Of a DNA stretch of 11,966 nucleotides, positions 1 to 7,895 are shown piece by piece. The translations under genes were made by a program, and so were the position numbers. The stretch covers positions 1-11,966 of the forward strand of contig JAZGDW010000230.1 of NCBI GenBank assembly GCA_036478295.1, in the 5' to 3' direction. The notes beneath the pieces were generated by a model. That model worked only from the letters and a program-made list of their open reading frames with translations, was not told the DNA's origin and made no database searches. This DNA is from Candidatus Krumholzibacteriia bacterium. GTDB taxonomy: Bacteria > Krumholzibacteriota > Krumholzibacteriia > WVZY01. Each line of letters starts with the position of its first letter. The stretch's first letter is position 1.

Positions 1-29
1 CCTGATTCCGGTGTCGCCCGCAGGGCGGA

Positions 30-1202
30 TCAACTTGCCGCGGCCTCCGTCTTCTTAGTGTAGAAGTCTTCGAGCACGGCGGCCACTTCACGCCGCGTAA
101 ACTCGACGGGCAGTTTCTCTCCCGCCTGCAGCATCTCCCTCACCTTGGTACCGCTAAGGAAAACACGATCGCTCTTGTCGTGCGCGCAGGTCTTGTGCGA
201 CGCCATGCCCATGCATTTCTTGCAAAAGAAGGCGTGGTCGAAGAACACCGGTGTAATCTCGAGCTCGCCCGGCTCGAATTCATCGAAAATCTTCTGGGCG
301 TCGTAGGTGCCGTAGTAGTTGCCGACACCGGCATGGTCACGCCCCACGATAAAGTGCGTGCAGCCATAGTTCTTGCGCACGATGGCGTGAAAAACCGCTT
401 CCCGCGGCCCCGCATACCGCATCGCCGCCGGTAGAATGGACAGCGCCACACGTTCCTTCGGAAAATAGTTGTTCATCATCGACAGGTAACAGTCCATGCG
501 CACCTCGGCGGGGATGTCGTCGGACTTCGTTTCACCCATGATGGGGTGGATGAGGAGACCGTCGACGGATTCCAGGGCACACTTTTGCAGGTACTCGTGC
601 GCGCGGTGGATGGGGTTGCGTGTTTGAAACGCCACCACCCGCTCCCAACCCTTGGTCTTGAAGAGCACCCGGCTCTCACGGGGCTCGAGCAGGTAATTGC
701 CGAAGCGCTTATCGTCCACCAGGTCGGCCACGAGCGTGATCGGGCCACCGGCATAGGTATCGCCCAGCGTGTTCAGGTACTGTACACCGGGGTGAGCATG
801 GTCGGTGGTGAGCAGGACCTTCTCGGCCTCTCGCGCCTTATCATATTTGTAGAGGTCGGTGACATCCATGACCGCGACAACGGCGCCGTCTTTCGAGCGC
901 AGCGCCGCGCGGAAGGGAGCCGTCATGGCGGCGACGGCCTTGTCTTTTACCGAAAGCGTCACCGGAATGGTCCAGGGAAGACCGAGCGGCAGCCGCATGC
1001 GGTCGAGGACGCTGTCGTACTCACCGCAGGTCATGAAACCCTCGAGGGGGCTCATCGCGCCGTTGGCAATCAGTCCCAGGTCGGAAAACTCGCGGCGGTT
1101 GAGTGTAATCGCGGGAAGTTCCCGGGCTTCTTTCAGCAGGGCTTCACGTGTCTTGTCATCTGCCTTGCGGTTGATCAGTCGACCGCCATGTGCTCGTATC
1201 AT
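30..1202 (-). CDS. sat: Sulfate adenylyltransferase (ATP sulfurylase, Sat type)
   Basis: 390-aa ORF with N-terminal HGGxL, catalytic AFQTRNPIHRAHEY (QxRN/HxxH), RYAGPREA, FIVGRDHAG, and a C-terminal CKKC...C-A-H zinc-site-like motif. No fused APS kinase domain. GGAGGT SD at 1219-1214 (- strand). Confidence 0.97.
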   Translation of the reverse strand: MIRAHGGRLINRKADDKTREALLKEARELPAITLNRREFSDLGLIANGAMSPLEGFMTCGEYDSVLDRMRLPLGLPWTIPVTLSVKDKAVAAMTAPFRAALRSKDGAVVAVMDVTDLYKYDKAREAEKVLLTTDHAHPGVQYLNTLGDTYAGGPITLVADLVDDKRFGNYLLEPRESRVLFKTKGWERVVAFQTRNPIHRAHEYLQKCALESVDGLLIHPIMGETKSDDIPAEVRMDCYLSMMNNYFPKERVALSILPAAMRYAGPREAVFHAIVRKNYGCTHFIVGRDHAGVGNYYGTYDAQKIFDEFEPGELEITPVFFDHAFFCKKCMGMASHKTCAHDKSDRVFLSGTKVREMLQAGEKLPVEFTRREVAAVLEDFYTKKTEAAAS

Positions 1203-1248
1203 CGTTTCTGAATACCTCCGTCGCAGTGTCGTCCGTCATTGGCCTGGT

Positions 1249-1530
1249 TCAATCGAGGTAGCCCAGGTTGCGAAGTTTCTGTTTCAGCGCCTTGAGCTCT
1301 TCGGGTGAGAATTCCTCGGAGTCGTCGTCCGGCGGCTGGGGTTCGGAGCGGGTTGCGGCAGGCGCCCGCGGCTTGCCCGCGGAACCCGGCCGGCCCGTTT
1401 CGCTCAGCACATCCCGCAGGACGTAGACGATGAAATCGGTTGCCGAGTTGAAACCGGAGTCCGTAATCAGGTGCTGTATCTTGGTATACAGCCGGCGGGG
1501 GATCTTGATCGTTACTTTGTCGTTGGCCAT
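1249..1530 (-). CDS. CopG/ribbon-helix-helix family small protein with C-terminal LRxLGY motif
   Basis: KVTIKIPRRLYTKIQHLI...GFNSATDFIVYVLRDVL fits the RHH strand-helix-helix pattern, followed by a Pro/Ala/acidic linker and ELKALKQKLRNLGYLD. Start moved from GTG 1536 to ATG 1530 because GGGAG (1540-1536) lies 5 nt upstream of it. Confidence 0.85.
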   Translation of the reverse strand: MANDKVTIKIPRRLYTKIQHLITDSGFNSATDFIVYVLRDVLSETGRPGSAGKPRAPAATRSEPQPPDDDSEEFSPEELKALKQKLRNLGYLD

Positions 1531-1568
1531 GAACACTCCCGTGTGATCCTGATCAGGCTCCTATAAGG

Positions 1569-1580
1569 CTCTAATTAGAG
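1569..1580. promoter_or_regulatory. Perfect 12-bp palindrome CTCTAATTAGAG, candidate operator
   Basis: Self-complementary sequence 1 nt downstream of the minus-strand -10 box and overlapping the predicted start site. Confidence 0.55.
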
Positions 1581-1581
1581 T

Positions 1582-1610
1582 ATTATAAGAGAATCCCAGG
1601 AGGTTTTCAA
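1582..1610 (-). promoter_or_regulatory. Sigma70-type promoter for the RHH-sat operon
   Basis: Minus strand reads TTGAAA (1610-1605), 17 nt, TATAAT (1587-1582). Predicted start site near 1575. Confidence 0.8.
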
Positions 1611-1827
1611 GGGGAAAATGCAGGGTGGGGGCACATTCCGGGGGACCGACGGGCGGCGCCGGCGCCCAGAGGATGCGCACTCACCCCGGAGGCCGCTCTG
1701 CGGCGCCGCCGACCACGGGCTCGCACCGCCCGCGACCGCGTGACGGCAGTGCGGCTAGGGCGGGGCGGCAGCGCTCGTATGTCGTTGAAGCACTTAAGAA
1801 TCCCGCCCAAAGACAGCCCTGACATAG

Positions 1828-1833
1828 TATACT
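1828..1833 (+). promoter_or_regulatory. -10 element (TATACT) for a probable leaderless ADH transcript
   Basis: TATACT ends 7 nt before ATG 1841, and no SD-like purine run precedes the start. Confidence 0.5.
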
Positions 1834-1840
1834 AATAGTG

Positions 1841-2884
1841 ATGAAAGCCGTTCTCTTCGAAGATTTCGGAGCGCCTCTCAAGATCGTAACGGTCCCGGAT
1901 CCCAAGCCGGATGCCGACGGCGTCGTCATCAAGGTCATGGCGAGCGGGCTGTGCCGCAGCGACTGGCACGGCTGGCTGGGACACGATCCGGATATAAAAC
2001 AGCTGCCGCACGTGCCCGGCCACGAGCTCGCAGGGGTCGTCGAGGAAACGGGCAAGGACGTCTCACGGTGGACCCGAGGCGACCGGGTAACGGTGCCGTT
2101 CGTGTGTGGGTGCGGCACGTGTGAAGAGTGCGTCGCCGGCCAGCATCACATTTGCGACCATCCATTCCAGGCGGGCTTTACGCACTGGGGCTCTTTCGCG
2201 CAGTACGTCCGGGTCAAATACGCGGACACAAATCTGATACGGCTGCCGGAGGATATCGACTTTGTGACGGCAGCGAGTCTCGGTTGCCGGTTCAGCACCG
2301 CTTTTCGAGCGGTCACCAAGCAGGGCGCGGTTGAGTCCGGGCAGTGGGTTGCCGTGCACGGATGCGGAGGGGTGGGACTCTCGGCGATTATGGTCGCAAG
2401 CGCCCTGGGCGCTCAGGTTATCGCTGTGGACATCGATGCGAGGGCCCTGGAACTCGCCACGTCGCTCGGTGCATCCGTTACCGTGCATGCCAGGGAAGAA
2501 GTGGACGTCGTCGGAAAGATCCGCGATGTGACCGGCCGCGGCGCGCACGTCTCCCTCGATGCGTTCGGTAGTGTAACGACGTGTTCCAATTCCATTCTTT
2601 GTCTCCGCAAGCGGGGTCGTCACGTGCAGGTGGGGTTGCTCGTCGGCGACTCGCATCTGCCGCCGCTGCCCATGCACCAGGTCATTGCCAGGGAGCTTCA
2701 GATCTACGGCAGCCACGGCATGCAGGCGATCCAGTACGGCGGTATGCTGGACATGATTGTTTCCGGCAAGCTGAATCCCAGCCTGATTATCCGCAAGACG
2801 GTGCCGCTCGAGGAGGCCCCGAAGGAACTGCAAAGCATGGGGCAGTTCGGCACGGCAGGCACCGCCGTCATCGACCGGTTCTAA
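1841..2884 (+). CDS. Zinc-dependent alcohol dehydrogenase (MDR superfamily)
   Basis: MKAV start, [12 protein letters not shown], structural-Zn [19 protein letters not shown], Rossmann GCGGVG, and acidic VIAVDID (suggests NAD preference). Alternative start is GTG 1838. Confidence 0.95.
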   Translation: MKAVLFEDFGAPLKIVTVPDPKPDADGVVIKVMASGLCRSDWHGWLGHDPDIKQLPHVPGHELAGVVEETGKDVSRWTRGDRVTVPFVCGCGTCEECVAGQHHICDHPFQAGFTHWGSFAQYVRVKYADTNLIRLPEDIDFVTAASLGCRFSTAFRAVTKQGAVESGQWVAVHGCGGVGLSAIMVASALGAQVIAVDIDARALELATSLGASVTVHAREEVDVVGKIRDVTGRGAHVSLDAFGSVTTCSNSILCLRKRGRHVQVGLLVGDSHLPPLPMHQVIARELQIYGSHGMQAIQYGGMLDMIVSGKLNPSLIIRKTVPLEEAPKELQSMGQFGTAGTAVIDRF

Positions 2885-2966
2885 CGTCGGAAAAAGCGCA
2901 ACGTGGACCCGCCGAACGGGTGGCAGCGCGATCATCTGGAACGACAGACATCTACCGGAGCACACC

Positions 2967-3653
2967 ATGATTCGTAAGCTATCCGTGCAGGAATTATCCG
3001 AACTCACGTCACAGGACCCGTCGCACATCTCCCAATGCAACAAGGACGAGATGGCGATCCCGTCGTATCTCCACAAGAACCCACTGATACGTTGGCTCAT
3101 GTGGCGAAGATACGAGTACGTCGCCAGCCTGGCGCAGTTTACAAACGATATGACCGTTCTGGAGTTCGGGTGCGGCTCGGGTGTTTTCTTGCCCGAGCTC
3201 GCCAGCGCGTGCGGCAAGGTCTATGCGATCGACATTTTTCCCGAATATGCCAAGGCCTTGAGTGCGAAACTGAGTCTCGGTACACAGTTCGTGGATGATC
3301 TGTCGGAAATCTCCGCCGGCTCCCTGGATATTGTCATTGCCGCGGATGTTCTCGAACATATAAAGGACAACGAACTGGTCGAATACCTGGGCACATTTTC
3401 TCTTAAGCTAAAAGACGCCGGCCGGCTGATCGTATCCGGACCCACGGAGAGCATCGCGTATCGAGTTGGGAGAGTGGCGGCGGGGTTTGGTGACAAGGGA
3501 GACTATCACGTCAGCAATATCAACAAGCTGATCCGCCGTATCGAGGACGGCGGTTTTCATCTTGCCCGGCAGAAAACGCTGCCCTTCAGATTTCCGCCGT
3601 TCTTGTTCAAAGTGTGTGAATTCAAGAAACGGCCGGCGGGTGGATCCAGCTAG
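2967..3653 (+). CDS. Class I SAM-dependent methyltransferase
   Basis: Motif I VLEFGCGSG, VYAIDI, LDIVIAADVLEHI, LKDAGRLIVSGP. GGAG SD at 2957-2960. Confidence 0.92.
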   Translation: MIRKLSVQELSELTSQDPSHISQCNKDEMAIPSYLHKNPLIRWLMWRRYEYVASLAQFTNDMTVLEFGCGSGVFLPELASACGKVYAIDIFPEYAKALSAKLSLGTQFVDDLSEISAGSLDIVIAADVLEHIKDNELVEYLGTFSLKLKDAGRLIVSGPTESIAYRVGRVAAGFGDKGDYHVSNINKLIRRIEDGGFHLARQKTLPFRFPPFLFKVCEFKKRPAGGSS

Positions 3654-3705
3654 TCGCGGTGTGGGCGGCGGTTACTGCGACACGCGTCTGTTACTCGAGG
3701 CGGGC

Positions 3706-4419
3706 TCATAGCGAGCGGCGGCGTGTGGGTTTTAATATCGAGATCAGCGAGGCGAGCATCACCTTGATCATATAGTATGCCGAGCGCCCCACAGTAATCG
3801 AAGAACGTCCACCCTGGCGCTCGCGCATCTCCACAGGTACTTCCACGATGCGAAAGCGGTTGTGACTGAGGCTGATGACCGCCTCGACCTCGGGGTAGTC
3901 GCTGGGGTAGGTGTCGGCGAGAAAATGAATCGCCGCCGCGTTGTACGCCCGAAAACCCGACGTGCTGTCGGTGACGCTACGCCCGGTGGTCACGCGGCTC
4001 AGCACCCGGAACACGCCGATCCCCAGCCGCCTGAGGAACGTGCTTTGAAACCCGGCGCCGGCAAGGAAGCGAGATCCGATGGCAACGTCCGCGTCTCCGG
4101 CCCGCAGCCGTTCGAGCAGGTCACCGATCGCCGCCGCCGGATGCTGGCCGTCGCCGTCCACCTGCAGGGCGTAGTCGTAGTTCATCTCGCGCGCGAAGCG
4201 GAATCCCGTCTGCACCGCGCCCCCGATACCAAGGTTGAGAGGAAGGCGCAGCACGCCGACCCCCAGCCGCTCGGCGGTGCGCGCCGTGTCATCCATCGAG
4301 GCATCGTCCACCACAACGATGTCGGCGTCGGGCTGGTGCGCTCGCACGTCGGCGATGACTCCGGGCAGAGCCGTTTCCTCGTTGTGGGCTGGAATGATGA
4401 TGAGAACTCTATCGGTCAT
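3706..4419 (-). CDS. Glycosyltransferase family 2 (DPM1-like polyprenol-phosphate glycosyltransferase)
   Basis: LIIIPAHNEE, VVVDDASMDDT, NLGIGGAVQTG, QVDGDGQH (DxD), IGSRF, DSTSGFRAY. SD GGAGGAG lies in the end of the upstream gene. Confidence 0.95.
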   Translation of the reverse strand: MTDRVLIIIPAHNEETALPGVIADVRAHQPDADIVVVDDASMDDTARTAERLGVGVLRLPLNLGIGGAVQTGFRFAREMNYDYALQVDGDGQHPAAAIGDLLERLRAGDADVAIGSRFLAGAGFQSTFLRRLGIGVFRVLSRVTTGRSVTDSTSGFRAYNAAAIHFLADTYPSDYPEVEAVISLSHNRFRIVEVPVEMRERQGGRSSITVGRSAYYMIKVMLASLISILKPTRRRSL

Positions 4420-4428
4420 TGCGCAAGG

Positions 4429-4812
4429 CTACTCCTCCGGCGGAGGCGTCAGGTCACGCACGCGCGTGCCGAGGATGGCCAGTTCCTGCGCCAGGCGCTT
4501 GTTCTCATCGGTCAGGCGGGAGACGACGACCGAGAAATGGATCAGCCACACAGACCCGAAAAAGATGGTGAGCAAAATGAGAAGGGCCGGCGCGTAGGCA
4601 ATACCCATGCGCTGTGCCAGGACTTCCATGTGGTGCCGCCAGATCGAAAAATACACAAAAACCAGGGCGGCGGCGAACCAGATCAGCGAGTACTCCTCGC
4701 GGAGCTTGCCCCGGCGGATCAGTTCCACGATGCCGGCGATCAGCAGCACACTGACCACGACCGAGATTATCTGAATGTGAAAGGTCTGGACGGACTCGAG
4801 GGCCGATTCCAT
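4429..4812 (-). CDS. DUF2304-family small membrane protein
   Basis: Three hydrophobic segments, LIRRGKLREEYSLIW, GIAYAP, and a C-terminal coiled segment SRLTDENKRLAQELAIL. Adjacent to a GT2, as is typical of this family. GGAGGT SD at 4822-4817. Confidence 0.88.
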   Translation of the reverse strand: MESALESVQTFHIQIISVVVSVLLIAGIVELIRRGKLREEYSLIWFAAALVFVYFSIWRHHMEVLAQRMGIAYAPALLILLTIFFGSVWLIHFSVVVSRLTDENKRLAQELAILGTRVRDLTPPPEE

Positions 4813-4890
4813 CGTTACCTCCGGTACATGTGAAAAAAACCGACCAATTGACCCAGGGGGGGATATTCACATACCAATATTTCCCCTCTT

Positions 4891-4919
4891 ATTTTACCAT
4901 TCGAAATCGGGTTTATAAA
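4891..4919 (-). promoter_or_regulatory. Putative extended -10 promoter for the DUF2304-GT2 operon
   Basis: Minus strand reads TTTATA (4919-4914), 17 nt, TAAAAT (4896-4891), with a TG-n extension (TGgTAAAAT). Confidence 0.5.
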
Positions 4920-4945
4920 GCATTTTCAGGAGGTTCCGGCGCCAG

Positions 4946-5914
4946 GTGAAAAGACTTTTGTCATTGCTGCTGCCGCTCATCGGGCTGGCGATTTTTGTGT
5001 GGATCGTACGCGGTACAGGCGTCGAGCGCATTCTCGACACCTTTCGGGGCGTGGAGGTGAAACAACTGCTTCTGTTCCCGCTCTTCACCGTCTACTTCGT
5101 GTGGATCCGGGGGCTGCGCTGGCATACGATCATTCGGGCGGCAGGTATCGACTACCCCCGGTGGCGCAGCGCGGTGGTGTGGTCGATCGGGTTCTTCGCG
5201 GCCTCCATCACGCCGGCCAAGGTGGGGGATGCGCTTCGCGCCTACTACCTCAGCCGCGACGCGGACCGCACCCTCGGCGAGTCTTTTCTCACTGTTTTTG
5301 TGGACCGGCTGATGGACGTCGTCATCGTGCTGCTGTCCGGTGTGGTCACGCTGCTCCTCTTTTCGTTGCATTATATTCACGTGGGGTCGGTGTGGATTGT
5401 GCTGGTCGTCGTGGCGGGGATTTTCGGGGCGCTCTACGCGCTCACGCGCCGCAACCTAGTAAGAACCGTGGTCGGCCCGCTCTTCCGCCTGCTGGCCCCA
5501 CGCCGGTACCGTGACGAGCTGAGCCTGCATTTCAATAGCTTTTACGATTCGCTGCGCCTGTGCATACGTGACTGGCGAAGAATGAGCCTCGCGTTCGCCT
5601 ACGCGCTGATGTTCTGGGCTGGCGTTGTGTTTCTCGCGGCCGCCGTGACCCGCATCCTGGGGATCGAGGTGTCGTTCGCGTACGTGCTGCTCATGATGCC
5701 CACGGTGACCCTCGTGGAGCTGATACCCATCTCCATCTCGGGGCTGGGCACCCGGGACGCCGCTGTGATCTACTTTTTCTCGGTCGTGGGGCTCGAGAGT
5801 GCGCAGGCGGTCGGTTTTTCGATTACATACCTCCTCGTCGGTACCTATCTCACTGCGCTCGTCGGTTTTGTTGCGTGGCTTTTCAAACCGGCGCGCCTTA
5901 GAGACAACGTGTAG
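4946..5914 (+). CDS. Lysylphosphatidylglycerol-synthase TM domain / UPF0104 flippase-like membrane protein
   Basis: Polytopic membrane protein with IRGLRW, TPAKVGDALRAYYL, VFVDRLMD and IPISISGLGTRD motifs. AGGAGG at 4928-4933, GTG start. Confidence 0.9.
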   Translation: MKRLLSLLLPLIGLAIFVWIVRGTGVERILDTFRGVEVKQLLLFPLFTVYFVWIRGLRWHTIIRAAGIDYPRWRSAVVWSIGFFAASITPAKVGDALRAYYLSRDADRTLGESFLTVFVDRLMDVVIVLLSGVVTLLLFSLHYIHVGSVWIVLVVVAGIFGALYALTRRNLVRTVVGPLFRLLAPRRYRDELSLHFNSFYDSLRLCIRDWRRMSLAFAYALMFWAGVVFLAAAVTRILGIEVSFAYVLLMMPTVTLVELIPISISGLGTRDAAVIYFFSVVGLESAQAVGFSITYLLVGTYLTALVGFVAWLFKPARLRDNV

Positions 5915-5955
5915 AACCCCAGTGCCGGGGCCGGCAATGGACGGTTGCTAAACCG

Positions 5956-7317
5956 ATGAAATTATCCCGCTGGCAGAAGGACATTTTGCAAGAAGGCGAG
6001 CTGTACGCCGTGGGCGGAACGGTGCGCGATGCGTTGATGGGACTACCCGCAGTGGAGGAGCGCAAGGACTTCCTGGTGCGCAGCATCACAGCGGCGCGTC
6101 TCGAGGAAGTCCTCACGCGGCACGGCAAGATGGCGCTGGTGGGGAAGTCCTTCGGCGTCTACAAATTCCGTCCCGCCGGTACCGAAGCGCAACACGACAT
6201 CGCGTTTCCGCGCACGGAAAAGTCCACCGGTCCCGGACACCGGGACTTTGATGTCGCCTTCGACCCCGAGCTTCCCGTCGAGGCCGACCTGGGCCGGCGC
6301 GACTTTACCATCAATGCCATCGCCCGGAATCTCGCCGACGACCGCCTCATCGACCCGCACCACGGCCGGCGTGACATCGACAAACACACCGTGCGCATGA
6401 TCTTTGCGGAGGCGTTTGCCGAAGACCCGTTGCGGATCCTGCGCGGCATCCGTTTCGCGGCGCGGTTTGGTTTTGAAATCGAAAAAAAGACAGCGGCGGC
6501 CATGAAGAAGAGCGCCCCGCTTCTCGAGACATTGAGTCCCGAGCGCATCCAGGAGGAGTTGAACAAACTCCTCGGGGAGTGCGAGCGGCCAAGTGGGGGG
6601 TTCGAGTGGATGTACAAGACCGGTGCGCTGCAAATCATCCTGCCCGAGCTCGCCCGTGGCTACGGTGTCGAGCAGAACGAGTACCACCCGGACGACATCT
6701 TTTGGCATTCGGTCAAGTCGTGCGACGAGGCGCCGCGCGCTAACCTCCCGGTGCGCTGGGCCGCGCTACTCCACGATCTGGGCAAGGTGGACAAGAAACA
6801 GGTGATCACAGAAGAGGGCGCGTCCCCCAGGGTGGTGTTCTACGGTCACGAAAAGGTGAGCGCCGAGCTCACCGCCGCGATCCTCGGGCGCCTGCGCTTC
6901 GGGCATGACTTCACGAAGAAATGCGTGCACCTGGTCGCCCAGCACATGTTTTACTACCAGCCCGAGTGGAACCGCAGCACCGTGCGGCGCTTCATTCGCA
7001 CCGCCGGCGTGGAGCACCTGGAGGACCTTTTCAAACTGCGCGAAGCGGACCTGTTGTCGCGCAACCTGGGCGGTGAGCTGCCCGAGCTGGAGGAGCTTCG
7101 CGGCCGGGTTCAAAGCGAACTCGAGGCCGAGAGCGCGCTCACGATCTCCGACCTGTTGATCGACGGTGCCGACATCATGCGGGTCCTGGGCCTTGGTGAG
7201 GGAAGACGTGTGGGGGACATCCTGGAGGCACTCTTCGAGCGCGTCCTGCAATCGCCCGAGCTGAACGAGCGCCAGACCTTGCTGGATCTGCTAAAGAAGG
7301 ATTTCGGGGGTAAATAG
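5956..7317 (+). CDS. cca: Class II tRNA nucleotidyltransferase (CCA-adding type) with HD domain
   Basis: YAVGGTVRD, PRTE plus Gly-rich flexible loop, DLGRRDFTINA, DPHHGRRD, EDPLRILR, ERIQEELNK, HD domain (H...LLHDLGK...GHE...HM) and C-terminal IDGADIM...G..VG..L. Motif A DxD is atypical (see findings). Confidence 0.88.
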   Translation: MKLSRWQKDILQEGELYAVGGTVRDALMGLPAVEERKDFLVRSITAARLEEVLTRHGKMALVGKSFGVYKFRPAGTEAQHDIAFPRTEKSTGPGHRDFDVAFDPELPVEADLGRRDFTINAIARNLADDRLIDPHHGRRDIDKHTVRMIFAEAFAEDPLRILRGIRFAARFGFEIEKKTAAAMKKSAPLLETLSPERIQEELNKLLGECERPSGGFEWMYKTGALQIILPELARGYGVEQNEYHPDDIFWHSVKSCDEAPRANLPVRWAALLHDLGKVDKKQVITEEGASPRVVFYGHEKVSAELTAAILGRLRFGHDFTKKCVHLVAQHMFYYQPEWNRSTVRRFIRTAGVEHLEDLFKLREADLLSRNLGGELPELEELRGRVQSELEAESALTISDLLIDGADIMRVLGLGEGRRVGDILEALFERVLQSPELNERQTLLDLLKKDFGGK

Positions 7318-7461
7318 AAAGCCTCTGCGTTGGTGTCAGGGGATTCTTCTTGGAGGATTTGATCCAAAAAGTCGAGTAAGTGCTTGGGGCAAACTCTCCG
7401 CGCAAAGGCTTTCTATATATCAAGTAAATAGTAGCCTACGGGCCTGTCAATCTAAATTTTC

Positions 7462-7490
7462 TTGTTGGAATCCGGGGCCGATCGTATAAC
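7462..7490 (+). promoter_or_regulatory. Putative sigma70 promoter for the hypothetical gene
   Basis: TTGTTG (7462-7467), 17 nt, TATAAC (7485-7490), in an AT-rich intergenic region. Confidence 0.4.
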
Positions 7491-7568
7491 TTTTGGAATA
7501 ATTCCATCGTATACAGGGTAAGGCCGATGGTGGTGGGCACGAGCCCATGCGCCACAGGGGGAGCCGGC

Positions 7569-7886
7569 ATGATCGACGACCGCAAATTTATCTCCAGGCT
7601 GAACCAGATCTCACGAAGTCACGGGGCCACCCTGCCGGCCTTGAAGCGGGGTGAGTCACCGTCGGGCGAATTCCTGGCCGATTGGGCCCGATTCCTGGAA
7701 AACTGCGTCAAACAAGACATTCCGCTCTCCGATCCCCGCTGGCAGCGCGTTGGGGTGCAGGATAAGACGACCTACACCCATTTCATGCTCGAATTGGACG
7801 ACGAAGACCGCCAGGACTCCGAGTTCCGGGTCGGGCTGCAGCTCCTGATGGGGATTCTCGGTAACGAAGACGACGGGGCCGCGTGA
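7569..7886 (+). CDS. Hypothetical protein (105 aa)
   Basis: GGGGGAG SD (7557-7563) sits 5 nt before in-frame ATG 7569 (the ORF track starts at 7527). Codon usage resembles the host's. No family recognised. Confidence 0.75.
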   Translation: MIDDRKFISRLNQISRSHGATLPALKRGESPSGEFLADWARFLENCVKQDIPLSDPRWQRVGVQDKTTYTHFMLELDDEDRQDSEFRVGLQLLMGILGNEDDGAA

Positions 7887-7895
7887 CATTTAGGC

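Noticed and set aside
2885..2966. Hairpin ACCCG-ccgaa-CGGGT after ADH as a terminator
   Set aside because: The stem is only 5 bp and has no U-tract. Read-through into the methyltransferase is equally plausible.
2063..3217. 384-aa minus-strand ORF, and similar shadow ORFs at 546-1211, 3862-4833, 6043-6708 and 10435-11058
   Set aside because: They overlap well-supported genes on the opposite strand and carry no recognisable motifs. Such ORFs are expected at high GC.
7418..7450. Perfect TTGACA on the - strand (7450-7445) as an antisense promoter into cca, plus IHF-like TATCAAgtaaATA
   Set aside because: No acceptable -10 hexamer at 16-18 nt spacing (TTTACT, TTACTT, TACTTG), and the IHF match is weak in AT-rich DNA.
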